DNA from: Octopus sinensis
Taxonomy: Eukaryota
Direction of reading: 5' to 3'
Length of the DNA: 64,000 nt
NCBI RefSeq assembly: GCF_006345805.1
Contig: NC_043008.1
Span: forward strand, 55,242,001-55,306,000
The translations under genes were made by a program, and so were the position numbers. The notes beneath the pieces are model-generated. The model made no database searches. It worked only from the letters and a program-made list of their open reading frames with translations, and was not told the DNA's origin. Below are positions 1 through 11,008 of the stretch, in pieces (the stretch's first letter is position 1; each line of letters opens with the position of its first letter).

Positions 1-193
1 TAAGCAGGGCATGCATGCATACACTCAGATACAGACTTCACAATTAGCACGCAAACAAAATTCATCAATATGCAAGAAATTTAATAATTTCTAATAAAGA
101 CACATGGAAGGTCAGGAAGTGGAGTGTCTATCTTTAAAGAATTGGATAGAATTTTCTTTTTCTTTTTGTTATTTTTTCGTTCTTTTAAGCCCT

Positions 194-887
194 ATAGGCA
201 CAGGTATGGCTGTGTGGTAAGCTGGCAGAAACGTTAGTACGCCAGGCGAAATGCTTAGCAGTATTTCGTCTGCCGCTACGTTCTGAGTTCAAATTCTGCC
301 GAGGTCAACTTTGCCTTTCATCCTTTCAGGTCGATAAATTTAGTACCAATTACACACTGGGGTTGATGTAATTGACTTAATCCCCTTGTCTCTCCTTGTT
401 TGTCCCCTCTATGTTTAGCCCCTTGTGGGCAATAAAAAAATAAGAAGCTTGCTTCCCAACTACATGGTTCCGGGTTCAGTTCCATTGCATGTCACCTTGA
501 TAAGATATATTTTATCAGGCTAATAGTTTCCCGTGTATATAAGTCTGACTTCACAATTAGCACACAAGCAAGATTCTACTATAGCCTAAGGTTGACCAAA
601 GTCTTGTGAGTAGATTCAGAAGACTGAAAGAAATCCATTGTATATATATCTATATAGATATGTATTTATATTTGTGTGTGTGTTGTCATGCCCCACCATG
701 GATTGACAACTGATGTTGGTATGTTTGCATCCCCATAACCTGCAGTTCGGCAAAAGAGACCAATACAATAAGTACCAGGCTTACAAAGAATAACTCCTGG
801 GTCAATTTGTTCAACTAAAACCCTATAAGGTGGTGCTCCAGCATGGCTGCTGACAAATACTTGAACCAAGTAAAAGAATAAAAGAAT
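194..887 (+). mobile_element. tRNA-derived SINE family A (octopus OK/OR-type), interrupted in its head by a family B SINE
   Basis: Head ggctgtgtggtaag..., B box ggttcagttcc, body gtaccaggcttacaaagaata, tail aagtaaaagaataaaaga; same sequence recurs at 7558, 29562, 62985 and elsewhere. Confidence 0.85.
222..440 (+). mobile_element. tRNA-derived SINE family B (long form), nested in the family A head
   Basis: ctggcagaaacgttag...gagttcaaattctgccgaggtcaactttgcctttcatcc...ttagccccttgtgggcaataaa; matches copies at 31191, 48994 and 53590. Confidence 0.9.
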
Positions 888-904
888 ATTCTCTATGGAG
901 CATA

Positions 905-1010
905 GGCCATTGACGACTTTTCTCCACAGTTCTTGACTCTGTTTCTCTTGAATTGGATCCCTCCTCCTTCAAGTCTTGCCTCAGTATCCCACCTCCAGTA
1001 CTCTTGAATG
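905..1010 (-). mobile_element. Decayed 3' fragment of an RTE-clade LINE ORF
   Basis: Minus frame ILRQDLKEEGSNSRETESRTVEKSRQW resembles the RTE C-terminal 'RTxxxDLKxxG...A.DR..W' motif. Confidence 0.35.
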
Positions 1011-1123
1011 CACGATATCTACAAAACAACCAGTCTGTCTCTATTGAAATTATCTCTGATCATACATCTACACAATTTACTATTGCTACTACTACTACTA
1101 TTACTATAACTTAATATCAGTAA

Positions 1124-1407
1124 GTACGTTTATATATTTATTGTGCAAGATTTTTTATGTGAAGTCGTGTGTTAAAACAGATATTGTTATATTTCGGAAT
1201 GGTCATTTTGCCAGTTTAGCCAATAAAAACACACGCACTATATATTTGGTGTTATTTTGCTTCAGTGTTATTTATTTTTTACAAAGAACTCTGGCCGAAA
1301 TAAGATGTAAAAAATAAATAACACTGAAGCAAAATAACACCAAATATATAGTGCGTGTGTTTTTATTGGCTAAACTGGCAAAATGACCATTCCGAAATAT
1401 AACAATA
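1124..1407. mobile_element. Foldback insert with 103-bp perfect inverted repeat and 13-bp direct flanking repeat
   Basis: Arms 1181-1283 and 1306-1408 are exact reverse complements; TTAATATCAGTAA at 1111-1123 and 1408-1420. Confidence 0.8.
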
Positions 1408-1726
1408 TTAATATCAGTAAAATATCAATATAAAAATGGTTGGAAATATGATTAAGGAGAATTTTAAATTGTTAAATAGCTTGGTCAGAAAAATAAGATC
1501 CTACTCCCATCCTCTATTTTCTTTCTTTCTTATGAAGAAGAAAGGATTTATATTATTATTATTTTTTTTCATTGGCAGTTGGGGAAGCGGGAAGGGTGGT
1601 GGGGGTGGTATGTTGCCTTGGCCTTTTGTCCCCGCTGTCTGCTTCTTTGCATCGCATCATAACATAAACTTTGCAGTTTTGACATGTATGCCAAACTGCT
1701 GCTACTAACCAATCCACTGCCACCAG

Positions 1727-1737
1727 AGAGAGAGAAA
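1727..1737 (+). CDS. Candidate 11-nt microexon of the + strand gene (..E-R-E-K if entered in phase 1)
   Basis: TACTAAC at 1703-1709, TGC motifs, CAG acceptor ending 1726, donor AAA|GTGAGA; phase-0 exit matches the next exons. Motif evidence only. Confidence 0.35.
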
Positions 1738-1987
1738 GTGAGAGAACTGTTGAGTTATTTTAGTTACTTTTGAAGTTGTCCAAACACACAGAAATGCATT
1801 CTGGGATTCATAGCTGGATTGACAAGACAGAACTTGTCACTTTTCAAAATGTTTCCTTGTAACGTTTTTTTTCTTTTTGCAACTTTCTATTTATTTTCAC
1901 TTTCTAATATTTTTCCGTTCATTTATTCAACATTTTATTAGATATTTTTCTCTCATCGTATCTAATACATTTCAACTTTAGAAATTA

Positions 1988-2377
1988 CTAGCAGTATCGT
2001 CCGGCGTTGCTCGGGTTTGTTTCGACTCTTTAGAATTGAAATTTTTGAAAAGTAAAAATTTTACATTATGTAGCTTGTTATTCTCTTTAAGTGAACATTT
2101 TTCTGGTTGAAATACACCGAAAAATGGTGACACAGCAGTCAAAAAATCGTAAAAAATAGGGATTCCCATTGAAAAAAAACACCTTTTTGTTGTAAATAAT
2201 TTTTGGTCTTAACATGGTCCGATTTGAATTTTATCTTCTACAGAAGGAAGAGCAAGCCTTCTTCTATCATACTCTCAATTTTGGTCGACTTGCACCGCAG
2301 GGTCTCGAAGGAGATAGTGCAAGTTGAAGGCTACCAAACCTGCCATACACAGACAACTTCAGCTTTATATAGAGAGA
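1988..2377 (-). mobile_element. Non-autonomous Helitron
   Basis: On the minus strand begins TC, ends CTAG, inserted A|T, subterminal CCCGAGCAACGCCGG hairpin-like motif; reverse complement of 14949-15345. Confidence 0.85.
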
Positions 2378-2698
2378 TGACAGTGGTCACAAGCATAGCC
2401 TTGTGATTTGAAACTTCATTTCATAACTATATAATAGCTACAGGTTCAGTCACAGTATATACCATCTTAAGCAGTTGTTATCTATCATGGTCACAGTTTG
2501 ACCAATATCTTTCCAGTAAAATTTGGTAGACAGAAAGTTTATGAAAGTCTATTGTATATCATTTGTTTATTTGTTTAATCTGCTGTTTTTATTTGTTTTT
2601 ATGCTCACATGGCCTAGATTGGAATTAATTTTTAAAGCAAAATTTTATGGCAAGATGCTCTTCCTGTCACTAATCCTCACCTGTTTTTTTCATGTAAG

Positions 2699-2734
2699 GG
2701 GTCTTCTGTATTCCAGAAGTTATTTGCTATGTCA
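2699..2734 (+). CDS. Candidate 36-nt in-frame exon (GSSVFQKLFAMS)
   Basis: Branch-like CACTAAT, pyrimidine tract, TAAG acceptor ending 2698, donor TCA|GTATGG; phase 0/0. Motif evidence only. Confidence 0.35.
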
Positions 2735-3104
2735 GTATGGAGAGTAAACATCAGCAGTGTTTTGTTAAGATGTTGACAAGTGAAATATCAATATTTAAAT
2801 ACATCTGTGCATATATAAGGGTGCGCATGCACACAGAAACACATACACACAATGAGGGCCATTATAATTTTCATTTGCCAGACTCGCTCACAAGGCATAG
2901 ATGACCAATGGCTAACATAGAAGACACTTGTCCAAGATTCTGCTAGTTGGACTAGACTTGAAACCACATGGTTGCAAAGCTAATATCTTACCCACACAGC
3001 CATATGTGTGTGTGCATGCATACAGACATGTGGGAAGTATTTTTCTTAATATTTAGGGAGAAATTGTTCTGAATTTCTTTTTTATGTCTTAGAAGCTGAA
3101 GAGC

Positions 3105-3345
3105 GTGGAGGCACGTGGCTCAGTGGTTAGGGTGTTGAACTCATGATCGTAAGATTGTGGTTTCGATTCCTGGACCGAGCAACGTGTTGTGTTCTTGAGC
3201 AAAACACTTCATTTCATGTTGCTCCAGTCCACTCAGCTGGCAAAAATGAGTAACGCTGCAATGGACTGGCGTCCTGTCCAGCTGGGGAACACATGCGCCA
3301 TTGAAACCGGGCCCATGAGCCTGGCTAGGCTTTAAAAGTGTGCAT
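3105..3345 (+). mobile_element. tRNA-derived SINE family C
   Basis: A box tggctcagtggttagg, B box ggtttcgattcc, core cttgagcaaaacactt, tail gggcccatgagcctggctaggc. Confidence 0.8.
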
Positions 3346-5434
3346 TTATTTATTTTTATTTTGGTCGACTTGCACCACAGAGTCTCATTGTGTGTATGTG
3401 TTTCTGTGTGCATGCGCACCCTTATATATGCACAGAGTGTTGTATCTGACATTGATGGTTGCAGGTGGTTGATCAGGAGGGACACAAGAACAAACTGCAA
3501 CCCATAGATGACTACAATATAGAACAGCACATCAAGTTATTGTGTTAGCCTCGATTGAAAGCATTGCCCAAATATTGCAAAAGGCACCCAAGGACCAGGT
3601 GGATAACACATTAAGCCCATCGAAGCTACATTTCCTTCCATATTACATGTTAGCTATTTATAGCTATTCTGCTGCTCAGTACTCAGAGTCATCTATTCAT
3701 CACTCCATTGTTCTTCAGCTGTACTCCATTGCTCCCATTCCCTCTTCTAATGTGTGAAGAAAAACCTGTTCTGCACTGGTCCCTTTTCTCATATTTCTAC
3801 CCATCTTTTTCTCCCCATGTCTCCTAAGATAAAGTTGCTCCCTTGGTGTGTGTAGTCTTGCAAAACTACATGACTTCAACCAGTGCTGGTGGCACAAAAA
3901 ATTTGCACCCAGTACTCTATATGGTGGTTGATGTTAGTAAGGGCATCCAGTCATAAAAAACTATACCAAAGTAGACACTTAAACATGACACAGCCCTGAA
4001 AGCCATCAAATTCTGGCAAACCATCCAGCTCATGCCAGCATGGAATATGGTCATTATATGAAGATGATGGTGATAGACCAGGCCATTCAGTATTGCATAT
4101 TTTTGCCATGGTGAGACCCATAGTATTGATCTACTGACTGTAATCACAGTGAATCACAAATCACTGATGTGTAGACTATAACTCTTAAATGAGCCAGCAA
4201 CCCTGCTTTCAGCAACATCTACTTAACTTTGAGACCTTTTAACTATACTTAACATTATCACATACTGACGTATTCATACTAGTTTGTTTTTTTCGACTTG
4301 TTTGTTAGTCACAGTGTTTCCTCCATTGTACTTTCTGATCATTTTAAAAAACACTCAAGTGCAGTTCTCGGAACTTTGCATTCAGTCCATCGTGATAGGT
4401 TGATTTCATTGAATAAAGGATTCAGTTTCAAATTCAGCAGGCTGAATGGTTGAAACACTTACACTATAACACCAATAAGAGGACACTAATCCATATATAT
4501 ATATATATGTATAATGATAATACCTCATTGCAAAATTTCAGACAGAAATATACCTGACTTTATTGTATAACGCCTCCTCAAATAGCTGACTTTGTTATAC
4601 AGCCTCTCCTCACACACTTGATTTTGTTGCATAACCCCTACTCTCATACTAGACTTTGTCCAAATTTCACTGATCAGGCTCCAATCTGATCTGGCAGAGT
4701 TTCCACAGCTGGATGCCCTTCCTAACACCAACCACTCCGAGAGTATAGTGGGTGCTTTTACGTGCCACTGGCATGAGGGCCAGTCAGGTGGTACTGGCAG
4801 CCCAACACTACATAAATCAAAATGATGGGAATAAATTTGGTATTAGAAAGCTTAGCTCTGAAAAAAAATAACCAAGTAAACACATTCTTTCTATACTTTG
4901 CTTTGCAGCAAAAAAGAGAGGGGAATCTCTTGACAGACTGCTTCACAATTTGTTGGCTGCTCTTCAGAGAAAATATACCGGGTTTTGTTCTCCGATCAAT
5001 AACAGAGAATATTCAGCTGTCATGTAGAGTAGTCATAAACTTGGTTATCAACCATAGTTAGTAGCTTAATTTGCATATTTGTGCAGTGGTGTAGCTAGAG
5101 TATGCGCTGCCTGGGGCAATCCTTAAGTTTGTTATCTTCCCCACTTCACAGGAAGGGGTACATTAAAATCACTTTTATTTCAATACAAAGCTATACAGTT
5201 TTATACAGCAGACCCAGAAGTGCTGCCCTCAAAAAAAGTGGTACACCCACCACCATCACCACCACCACTATTACACTTCTTTATTTGTGCTTTTGACAGC
5301 TTATCATTAATAAAATATGAAGTATCTTATATACAACACAGCATAAATCAGGAGGATTATGAGAAGCAGAGAAGGAGTGTGTTTACATTCTTATTTGTCT
5401 CACAGCAAGGCTTTCTAATATTTAACATTAAATA

Positions 5435-6306
5435 TATTGGGTCATCCCATAAATAATGCATTTTTTTTTTCAAATAAACTAAAAGTTGGAGGGAGACAGG
5501 ATAAACTACCTGCATCAACTTGCTATAAAAGCAGGTAGTAATTTTACCTTCTACTTATTCTTAGTGCAAGTTTTGAAGAGTGCAGTCCAATTTTAAGTTA
5601 TTTTTTCAAAGCTATAATGGAAGTGACAAAGGAGCTTATTCGGCATATCTTGCTTTTATGAGTTCAATAAAGGTAACAACATAACAGAAAGTGTGAGGAA
5701 TATTAATGCAGTATATGGGGTTCGGATAATAAGCATAAGCCAGTGTCAACAGTGGTTCCAGAAACTACAGCCTAGAAGACGAGCCTCATCCTGGAAGATC
5801 TGTAGAGCTTAATGAAAGACATCCTAGTGGAACAAAATCTCATTGCAACTGTTGAGGAACTAGCTGAGAAGATTGGATTTGGTCATTCAATCAGTCATTC
5901 AAGTCAGCGCTAGAAGAAAAATGACCATCTTTGGTTCTTCCATCAGGATAATGCTACATACCGAGAGGATGACATTCCAAAGACTGGGGTGGTTTGAATG
6001 GGAAACGATGCCCCACCCATCATATTTGTCAAACATTGTCTTATCTGATTATCATTTATTCGACTGTCTTCAAAATCATTTGGACAGAAAGAATATGAAT
6101 TTTGTAGACAAGGTCAGAATAATACTGGAGGAGTATTTTTCATTATGGACAAGTGAATTTTGTAAGAGAGTCTATCTGATAGATAAAGGAGCATTCTAGA
6201 AAATGAAGGAGAGTATATTTTAAATTAAAAAAGAACTCTGTTTATCTTAATTTTGAAAATTAAAAGAAGTATAAAAAAACTGCATTGTTTATGAGATTAC
6301 CCAATA
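5435..6306 (+). mobile_element. Internally deleted mariner DNA transposon (872 bp)
   Basis: TIRs TATTGGGTCATCCCATAAATAATGCA / TGCATTGTTTATGAGATTACCCAATA; broken transposase remnants IRHILLxYEFNKG, LEDEPHPGRS, HQDNA, WETMPHPSYLSNIVLSDYHLF (cf. HPPYSPDLAPSDYHLF). Confidence 0.92.
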
Positions 6307-6380
6307 TTTTAAAAGAAAAACACTATTGCTTACTTTGTATTATTATTGTTGTTGTTATTGTTATTATTATTATTATATTA

Positions 6381-6671
6381 TTGAGTGAGAGAGCAATGCA
6401 TGCCATCAGAGTGACAGTGGGGTATAAATATACAAAACCCAATATATCTATCATGACTATTCGTCTGATAAGGTTACAACTATGCACATGCGTCACAATC
6501 ATATGTACATGACATGGTGACCTTATATCAAGATAAAGAGCACATGACCTTGCAGGAGGTGGAATGCCAGTTAGAATTTTCTTCAGGTCAAGTAGCCCAT
6601 CCCACTCAAAAGGTCCCTGAAAAAGATTCGTTTAAGGTTGATAAATGAAACACCCATGTTTCCAGAGGTGG
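6381..6671 (+). repeat. Unclassified interspersed repeat E (partial), (ATT)n-flanked
   Basis: ttgagtgagagagcaatgcatgccatc... shared with 16921-17386 and 60781-61328. Confidence 0.8.
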
Positions 6672-6842
6672 AAGACACTCAACACCCATGAAACAATCTC
6701 AAAATCCTAGCTGTCCCAAGTAGAGCAGATTTTTGGGCCTGCTCTGCCCTCATCTCAATTCCAGTTTCTACAACATATTTCTCGAACCTGGGTGTTAGTG
6801 CTCTGAGTGTCCCTACAAGTACTGGGATCAACAGTTACTCTC
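6672..6842 (-). mobile_element. 3' end of R4/Dong-type (RLE endonuclease) LINE
   Basis: Minus frame ..PVLVGTLRALTPRFEKYVVETGIEMRAEQAQKSALLGTARILRLFHGC* resembles the RLE C-terminus 'PxVxGALG...QKxALLGTAxILR'. Confidence 0.75.
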
Positions 6843-7177
6843 TCATTGCCCACACGTCCTTGCAATTTTGCCTTTTAGTAGTCTCTATTCTTTTATCATT
6901 TCCAGTTTTTTATCAGAGTGGATAAAATAAGTACCACTCAAAAACTGGGGTCAATGAAGCTAACTAACCCCTTCACCCAAAATGTCAAGCCCTGTGTCTT
7001 CTGGAGAAAATATAATTTTTATAGATATTGTACCAGTTAAATACTGGGGGATGATGTAATCGATTTACCCCTTTTGGACCTAGAGTCAAACATTAACATT
7101 GACAACTACTATAAATCTATGTGTTTTGTTTTCAATTTTCATTTTTCTGTTTTTTCTCTTCACTTTTTCTAATAAAG

Positions 7178-7486
7178 CAGAAAAGTGCTGGCATTGGTGG
7201 AGGAGCCGGAGTTGGTGCTGCTGCTGGTGGTGCTGGTGTTGGTGGTGCTGGTGCTGGTGTTGGTGGAGCTGCTGGTGCTGGTGCAGGCGGTATTGAAGTC
7301 AGAGGCATTGGTGCAGGTGGCGATGGTGCCGGTGCAGGTGCTGGTGCTGGTGGCCTGGGTGTCGATGGCGCTGGTGCTAACAGTCATTTAGGCCTGCCCG
7401 GAAATGCCCTAAACAACCATCAAAATGTTGGCATGGACAAACTTAATGCTTTCGAAAATAAACTCAACCCGAACCATTTGGAACAG
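7178..7486 (+). CDS. Exon A of an uncharacterised low-complexity protein: Gly/Ala repeat (GAGAG/GAGVG) then N/H/Q-rich
   Basis: Long pyrimidine tract, NAGNAG acceptor (AAG|CAG|, start 7178 or 7181), open frame QKSAGIGGGAGVG...NPNHLEQ, donor CAG|GTATGT, phase 0/0, GC island in AT-rich DNA. Confidence 0.85.
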
Positions 7487-7557
7487 GTATGTTAATTATT
7501 TTGATTCTTTTTTTTTTTAATTATGAAGCAAAATTATGTACTTTCTCAGAAACTACA

Positions 7558-7953
7558 TATGCGTAGGAGTGGCTGTGTGGTAAGTAGCTTGCTTACGGAC
7601 CACATGGTTCCGGGTTCAGTCCCACTACGTGGCACCTTGGGCAAGTGCCTTCTACTATAGCCTCGAGCCGACCAAAGCCTTGTGAGTGGATTTGGTAGAC
7701 GGAAACTGAAAGAAGCCCGTCGTATATATGTATATATATGTATGTGTGTGTATGTGTTTGTCCTCCCAACATCGCTTGACAACCGATGCTGGTGTGTTTA
7801 CGTCCCCATAACTTAGCGGTTCGACAAAAGAGACCGATAGAATAAGTACTAGGCTTACAAAGAATAAGTCCTGGGGTTGATTTGCTCGACTAAAGGTGGT
7901 GCTCCAGCATGGCCACAGCCAAATGACTGAAACAAGTAAAAGAGTAAAAAGAG
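7558..7953 (+). mobile_element. SINE family A, full length
   Basis: gcgtaggagtggctgtgtggtaagtagc...ccgggttcagtcccact...gaaacaagtaaaagagtaaaa. Confidence 0.9.
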
Positions 7954-9125
7954 AGAGTATGCATGTTAAGTATTTCAGCCCCACACACATTCACTTCTAA
8001 AAGCTATATAATCAGGGATGCCTTGAAAGTACTGAGAAAACTCAAACAAAAAGCACTCTTTACACTTAATGAAGAGATGGCAATCTTCCTAGCGGTGGTG
8101 CCCTGATAAAATACACTGGATGCACTTTGCAAGGTAGTTGATGAACAAACAGACACAATATAAGGTTGACAGAATGCTTTTAGCCTTGCTGAGAACATGG
8201 CATACCTCTCTAGTGCTGGTGCCATGACAATATTCACACCCAGCGAATATTATGTTTAGTGGTTGGTGAACATACAGTGACAACATAGAGAAGACTATTT
8301 TGTCTTGCAAAGGACATGGCAACCTTCCTAGAGCTACTTGCCTTTAGTAAGTATTACCCATTTTGTTGCTAGCATTCAAGTCAGGTCTCTGGTTTGAGGG
8401 CACCCTTCCTCCCTCCTTCGCACTTGTCTCAGAGGCTCTGTGAAGGGCTGTGAGTACTGTTTGTCTTCTGGCTAAAATTAAAAAAATGCTAGCTCACATT
8501 ACAATACTATAGAAGTTCATAAGCTCAAAGAATGGGCAAGAGGCAGAAATTTTAAAAGTCATTCTGGTGAAAAATCAGGTATTTAGTCACATCTGGATTG
8601 AAAGGCAGGATTTAATTTAGTATGAGTACAATTAATACATACACAAAAGGCTGTTGTCATATGTATGACACTAAAAATATGTTAAGGTTATTTCTACATT
8701 TCAATAATTAAATATATGGTGTTACAAGCGATACACATAGACTTTCAACAAGACTGTATATATAATTACACAGTTTCAACTACCTGTAATATTGTTATAG
8801 TTTCAATGAATTCTGATGGGTAACATATGAGGATTTTGTTCTTTCTTTCTTTCTCTTTTTTTTTCTTTTTTGTATCATAAAATTTGTGTTCATTTTATTT
8901 TCATCTACTGAATGTGGGTTGAATATTTTTCACACCTTTCCTACATGTCTCATGTTTATCATGAAAATTTTCTTATTTTATATCCTACCTTTGTGGTCAT
9001 TGTAATGAGACCATTATAATCAATAACTTTATTAGAATTTTAATTGAAAGCCAATATAAGAAAAAAAATTTTTTTAGCGTTTTAACATATTTCCACCTAA
9101 CCATTGCTGTTTCTCTACTGACAAG

Positions 9126-9137
9126 GACAAAGTCTCA
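9126..9137 (+). CDS. Candidate 12-nt microexon (D-K-V-S)
   Basis: CTAAC 9097-9101, TGC at 9105-9107, pyrimidine tract, AAG acceptor ending 9125, donor TCA|GTATGT; frame-preserving between exons A and B. Confidence 0.45.
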
Positions 9138-9379
9138 GTATGTTGTTACCAGCATACCTATGCTGGCTGAGTGGATATATATATATAGTTCGTTAAGAAA
9201 ATCTCTATTAGAGACAAAAGCAATATTTATACTGATAATGTTTATCGCCACCTAAACATGGGTGTTCTATAAGAACAGACGATACTGCTCTTCTAACCCC
9301 AGGAGGACACCTACTCCAGCTGGTTATTCAGTGTTCTTCACACTTAATATATATTGCAAGTGGGGAGAGAAATCTCCAC

Positions 9380-9506
9380 TATTCTAGCTCTGAAATCACC
9401 AAATCATGTGATTTCTGACCTCATTTTGGTCAGATGAGTATGCATCACAGAAGATGACCAAAATGATGTCGTAATCACGTGATTTGATGGTCCCAGAGCT
9501 GGAATA
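9380..9506. mobile_element. Small MITE with ~52-bp imperfect terminal inverted repeats
   Basis: tattctagctctg...cattttggtca versus tgaccaaaatg...cagagctggaata. Confidence 0.65.
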
Positions 9507-9644
9507 ATTGCTCAGCAAAAAATTACAGAATTAGATTCAAGAGACTACAATGTGTGTGTATGTGTGTGATCATCACCATCATTTAACATCCATCTTCCAT
9601 GCATGCATGAGCAGCACAAATATATATATATATATATAAAGTGA

Positions 9645-10292
9645 GTGAAAGCACATTGCTCAGTGGTTAGATCACCAGGCTCACAATAATGTGGTTATGA
9701 GTTCGATTCCTAGACCAGGCTGTGTTGTGTTCTTGAGCAAGACACTTTATTCCACATTGCTCCAGTAATGAATTGCCATGTCACTGGTGCCAAGATGTAT
9801 CATCCTTTGCTTTTCCTTTGGATAATATCGTTGGTGTGTGGATAGAGGGAGGCTGGTATGCATGGGCGATTGCCGGTCTTCCATAAACAACCTTGCCCGG
9901 ACTTGTGCCTAGGAGGGCAACTTTCTTGGTGCAATCCCATGGTCATTCATGACTGAAGGGGGTTTCTACCTTCACCCTTATATAAAGTGAAGGCGCATGA
10001 CTTAGTGGTTAGGGTATTCAGCTCACAATCATAAGGTCATAAGTTCAATTCCGGGTGACATGTTGTGTCCTTGAGCAAGACACTTTATTTCACATTGCTC
10101 CAGTCCACTCAGCTGGCAAAAATGAGTAGTGCCTGTATTTAAAAAGGGCCAGCCATGTTGCACTCTGTGTCATCATGAATCTCCTTGAGGACTATATGTG
10201 TCTGTGGAATACTCAGCCACTTGCACATTAATTTCACGAGCAAGCTGTTCCATTGATCATATCAGTTGGGACACTCGTCGTTGTAACTGGCA
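9645..10292 (+). mobile_element. Two tandem SINE family C copies with different tails
   Basis: Heads gctcagtggttag/gacttagtggttagg with B boxes gagttcgattcc/aagttcaattcc and shared ttgagcaagacactttatt core. Confidence 0.75.
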
Positions 10293-10331
10293 GAGTGCCA
10301 GTTATATTTATATATATATTTGTATATATCC

Positions 10332-10474
10332 AAATAAGCAACAAGTATATCCTAGGTAGAGTAGTACAATTGTTTCATGCTACTTCATTTTATTAAACAC
10401 TGTAAGTGTTTAATAAAATGAAGTAGCATGAAGCAATTGTACTACTCTACTTCGGATATACTTGTTGCTTATTT
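10332..10474. repeat. 70-bp-arm palindrome (3-nt loop, 3 mismatches) in a (TA)n-flanked insert
   Basis: 10332-10401 versus 10405-10474. Confidence 0.85.
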
Positions 10475-10653
10475 TGATTATAATCACCCCATTTGATTTA
10501 TATGGATAATACCATACAAAATTCTGGTGCCTTTAACTTAAGTACCATATTCATCTGAATCTAAATTTTGCTGATATATATATATATATCAGCGGTGGTG
10601 CCCCAGCATTGCCGCGGCCTTCGGGCTAAAACATTTTTAAGGATTTAAGGATT

Positions 10654-10684
<31 letters not shown>

Positions 10685-11008
10685 TCATATACAAACATGC
10701 ACTATATTTTCTGGCTTTCGAATCACTGTAGTATATAGTGTAAACATGTAGTGTGAATATTCACACATTGTCACTATCTTTCCAAATCCTGCTGCATTTC
10801 ACATGGAATTTTTAGTCATCTAAAGTCATTTTGGTGTATACACTGTCCTACCATTTTTGTGTGTAAATTTTGGAAAATTCAACTTGTATGCCAGAAAATA
10901 TGGTATGTAGTATTCTAAAAGAACATTTTAAAAAGCATTTACATTTAATTGCATTACTTACAGTCTGTTTTTTATTTTTTTTATTTTTTGTAATTTTGTT
11001 TTTTGTAG

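Noticed and set aside
7169-7391. Thr/Ser-rich minus ORF and poly-Leu/Val plus ORF over exon A
   Set aside because: Shadow frames of the GGTGCT repeat; only the Gly/Ala frame has splice sites in phase with the neighbouring exons.
7178-7486. Similarity to suckerin, histidine-rich beak proteins or fibroin
   Set aside because: Lacks the Tyr/His/Phe-containing repeats (GGY, GHG, GAGFA) and the Ser of GAGAGS; the resemblance is compositional only.
8004-8350. GC-richer segment that looks like a decayed ORF
   Set aside because: Stop density in the best frame is about random and no motif is recognisable.
9433-9454. CAGATGA...AGAAG in the MITE spacer as a hammerhead
   Set aside because: Core altered at both ends, no GAAA and no stems.
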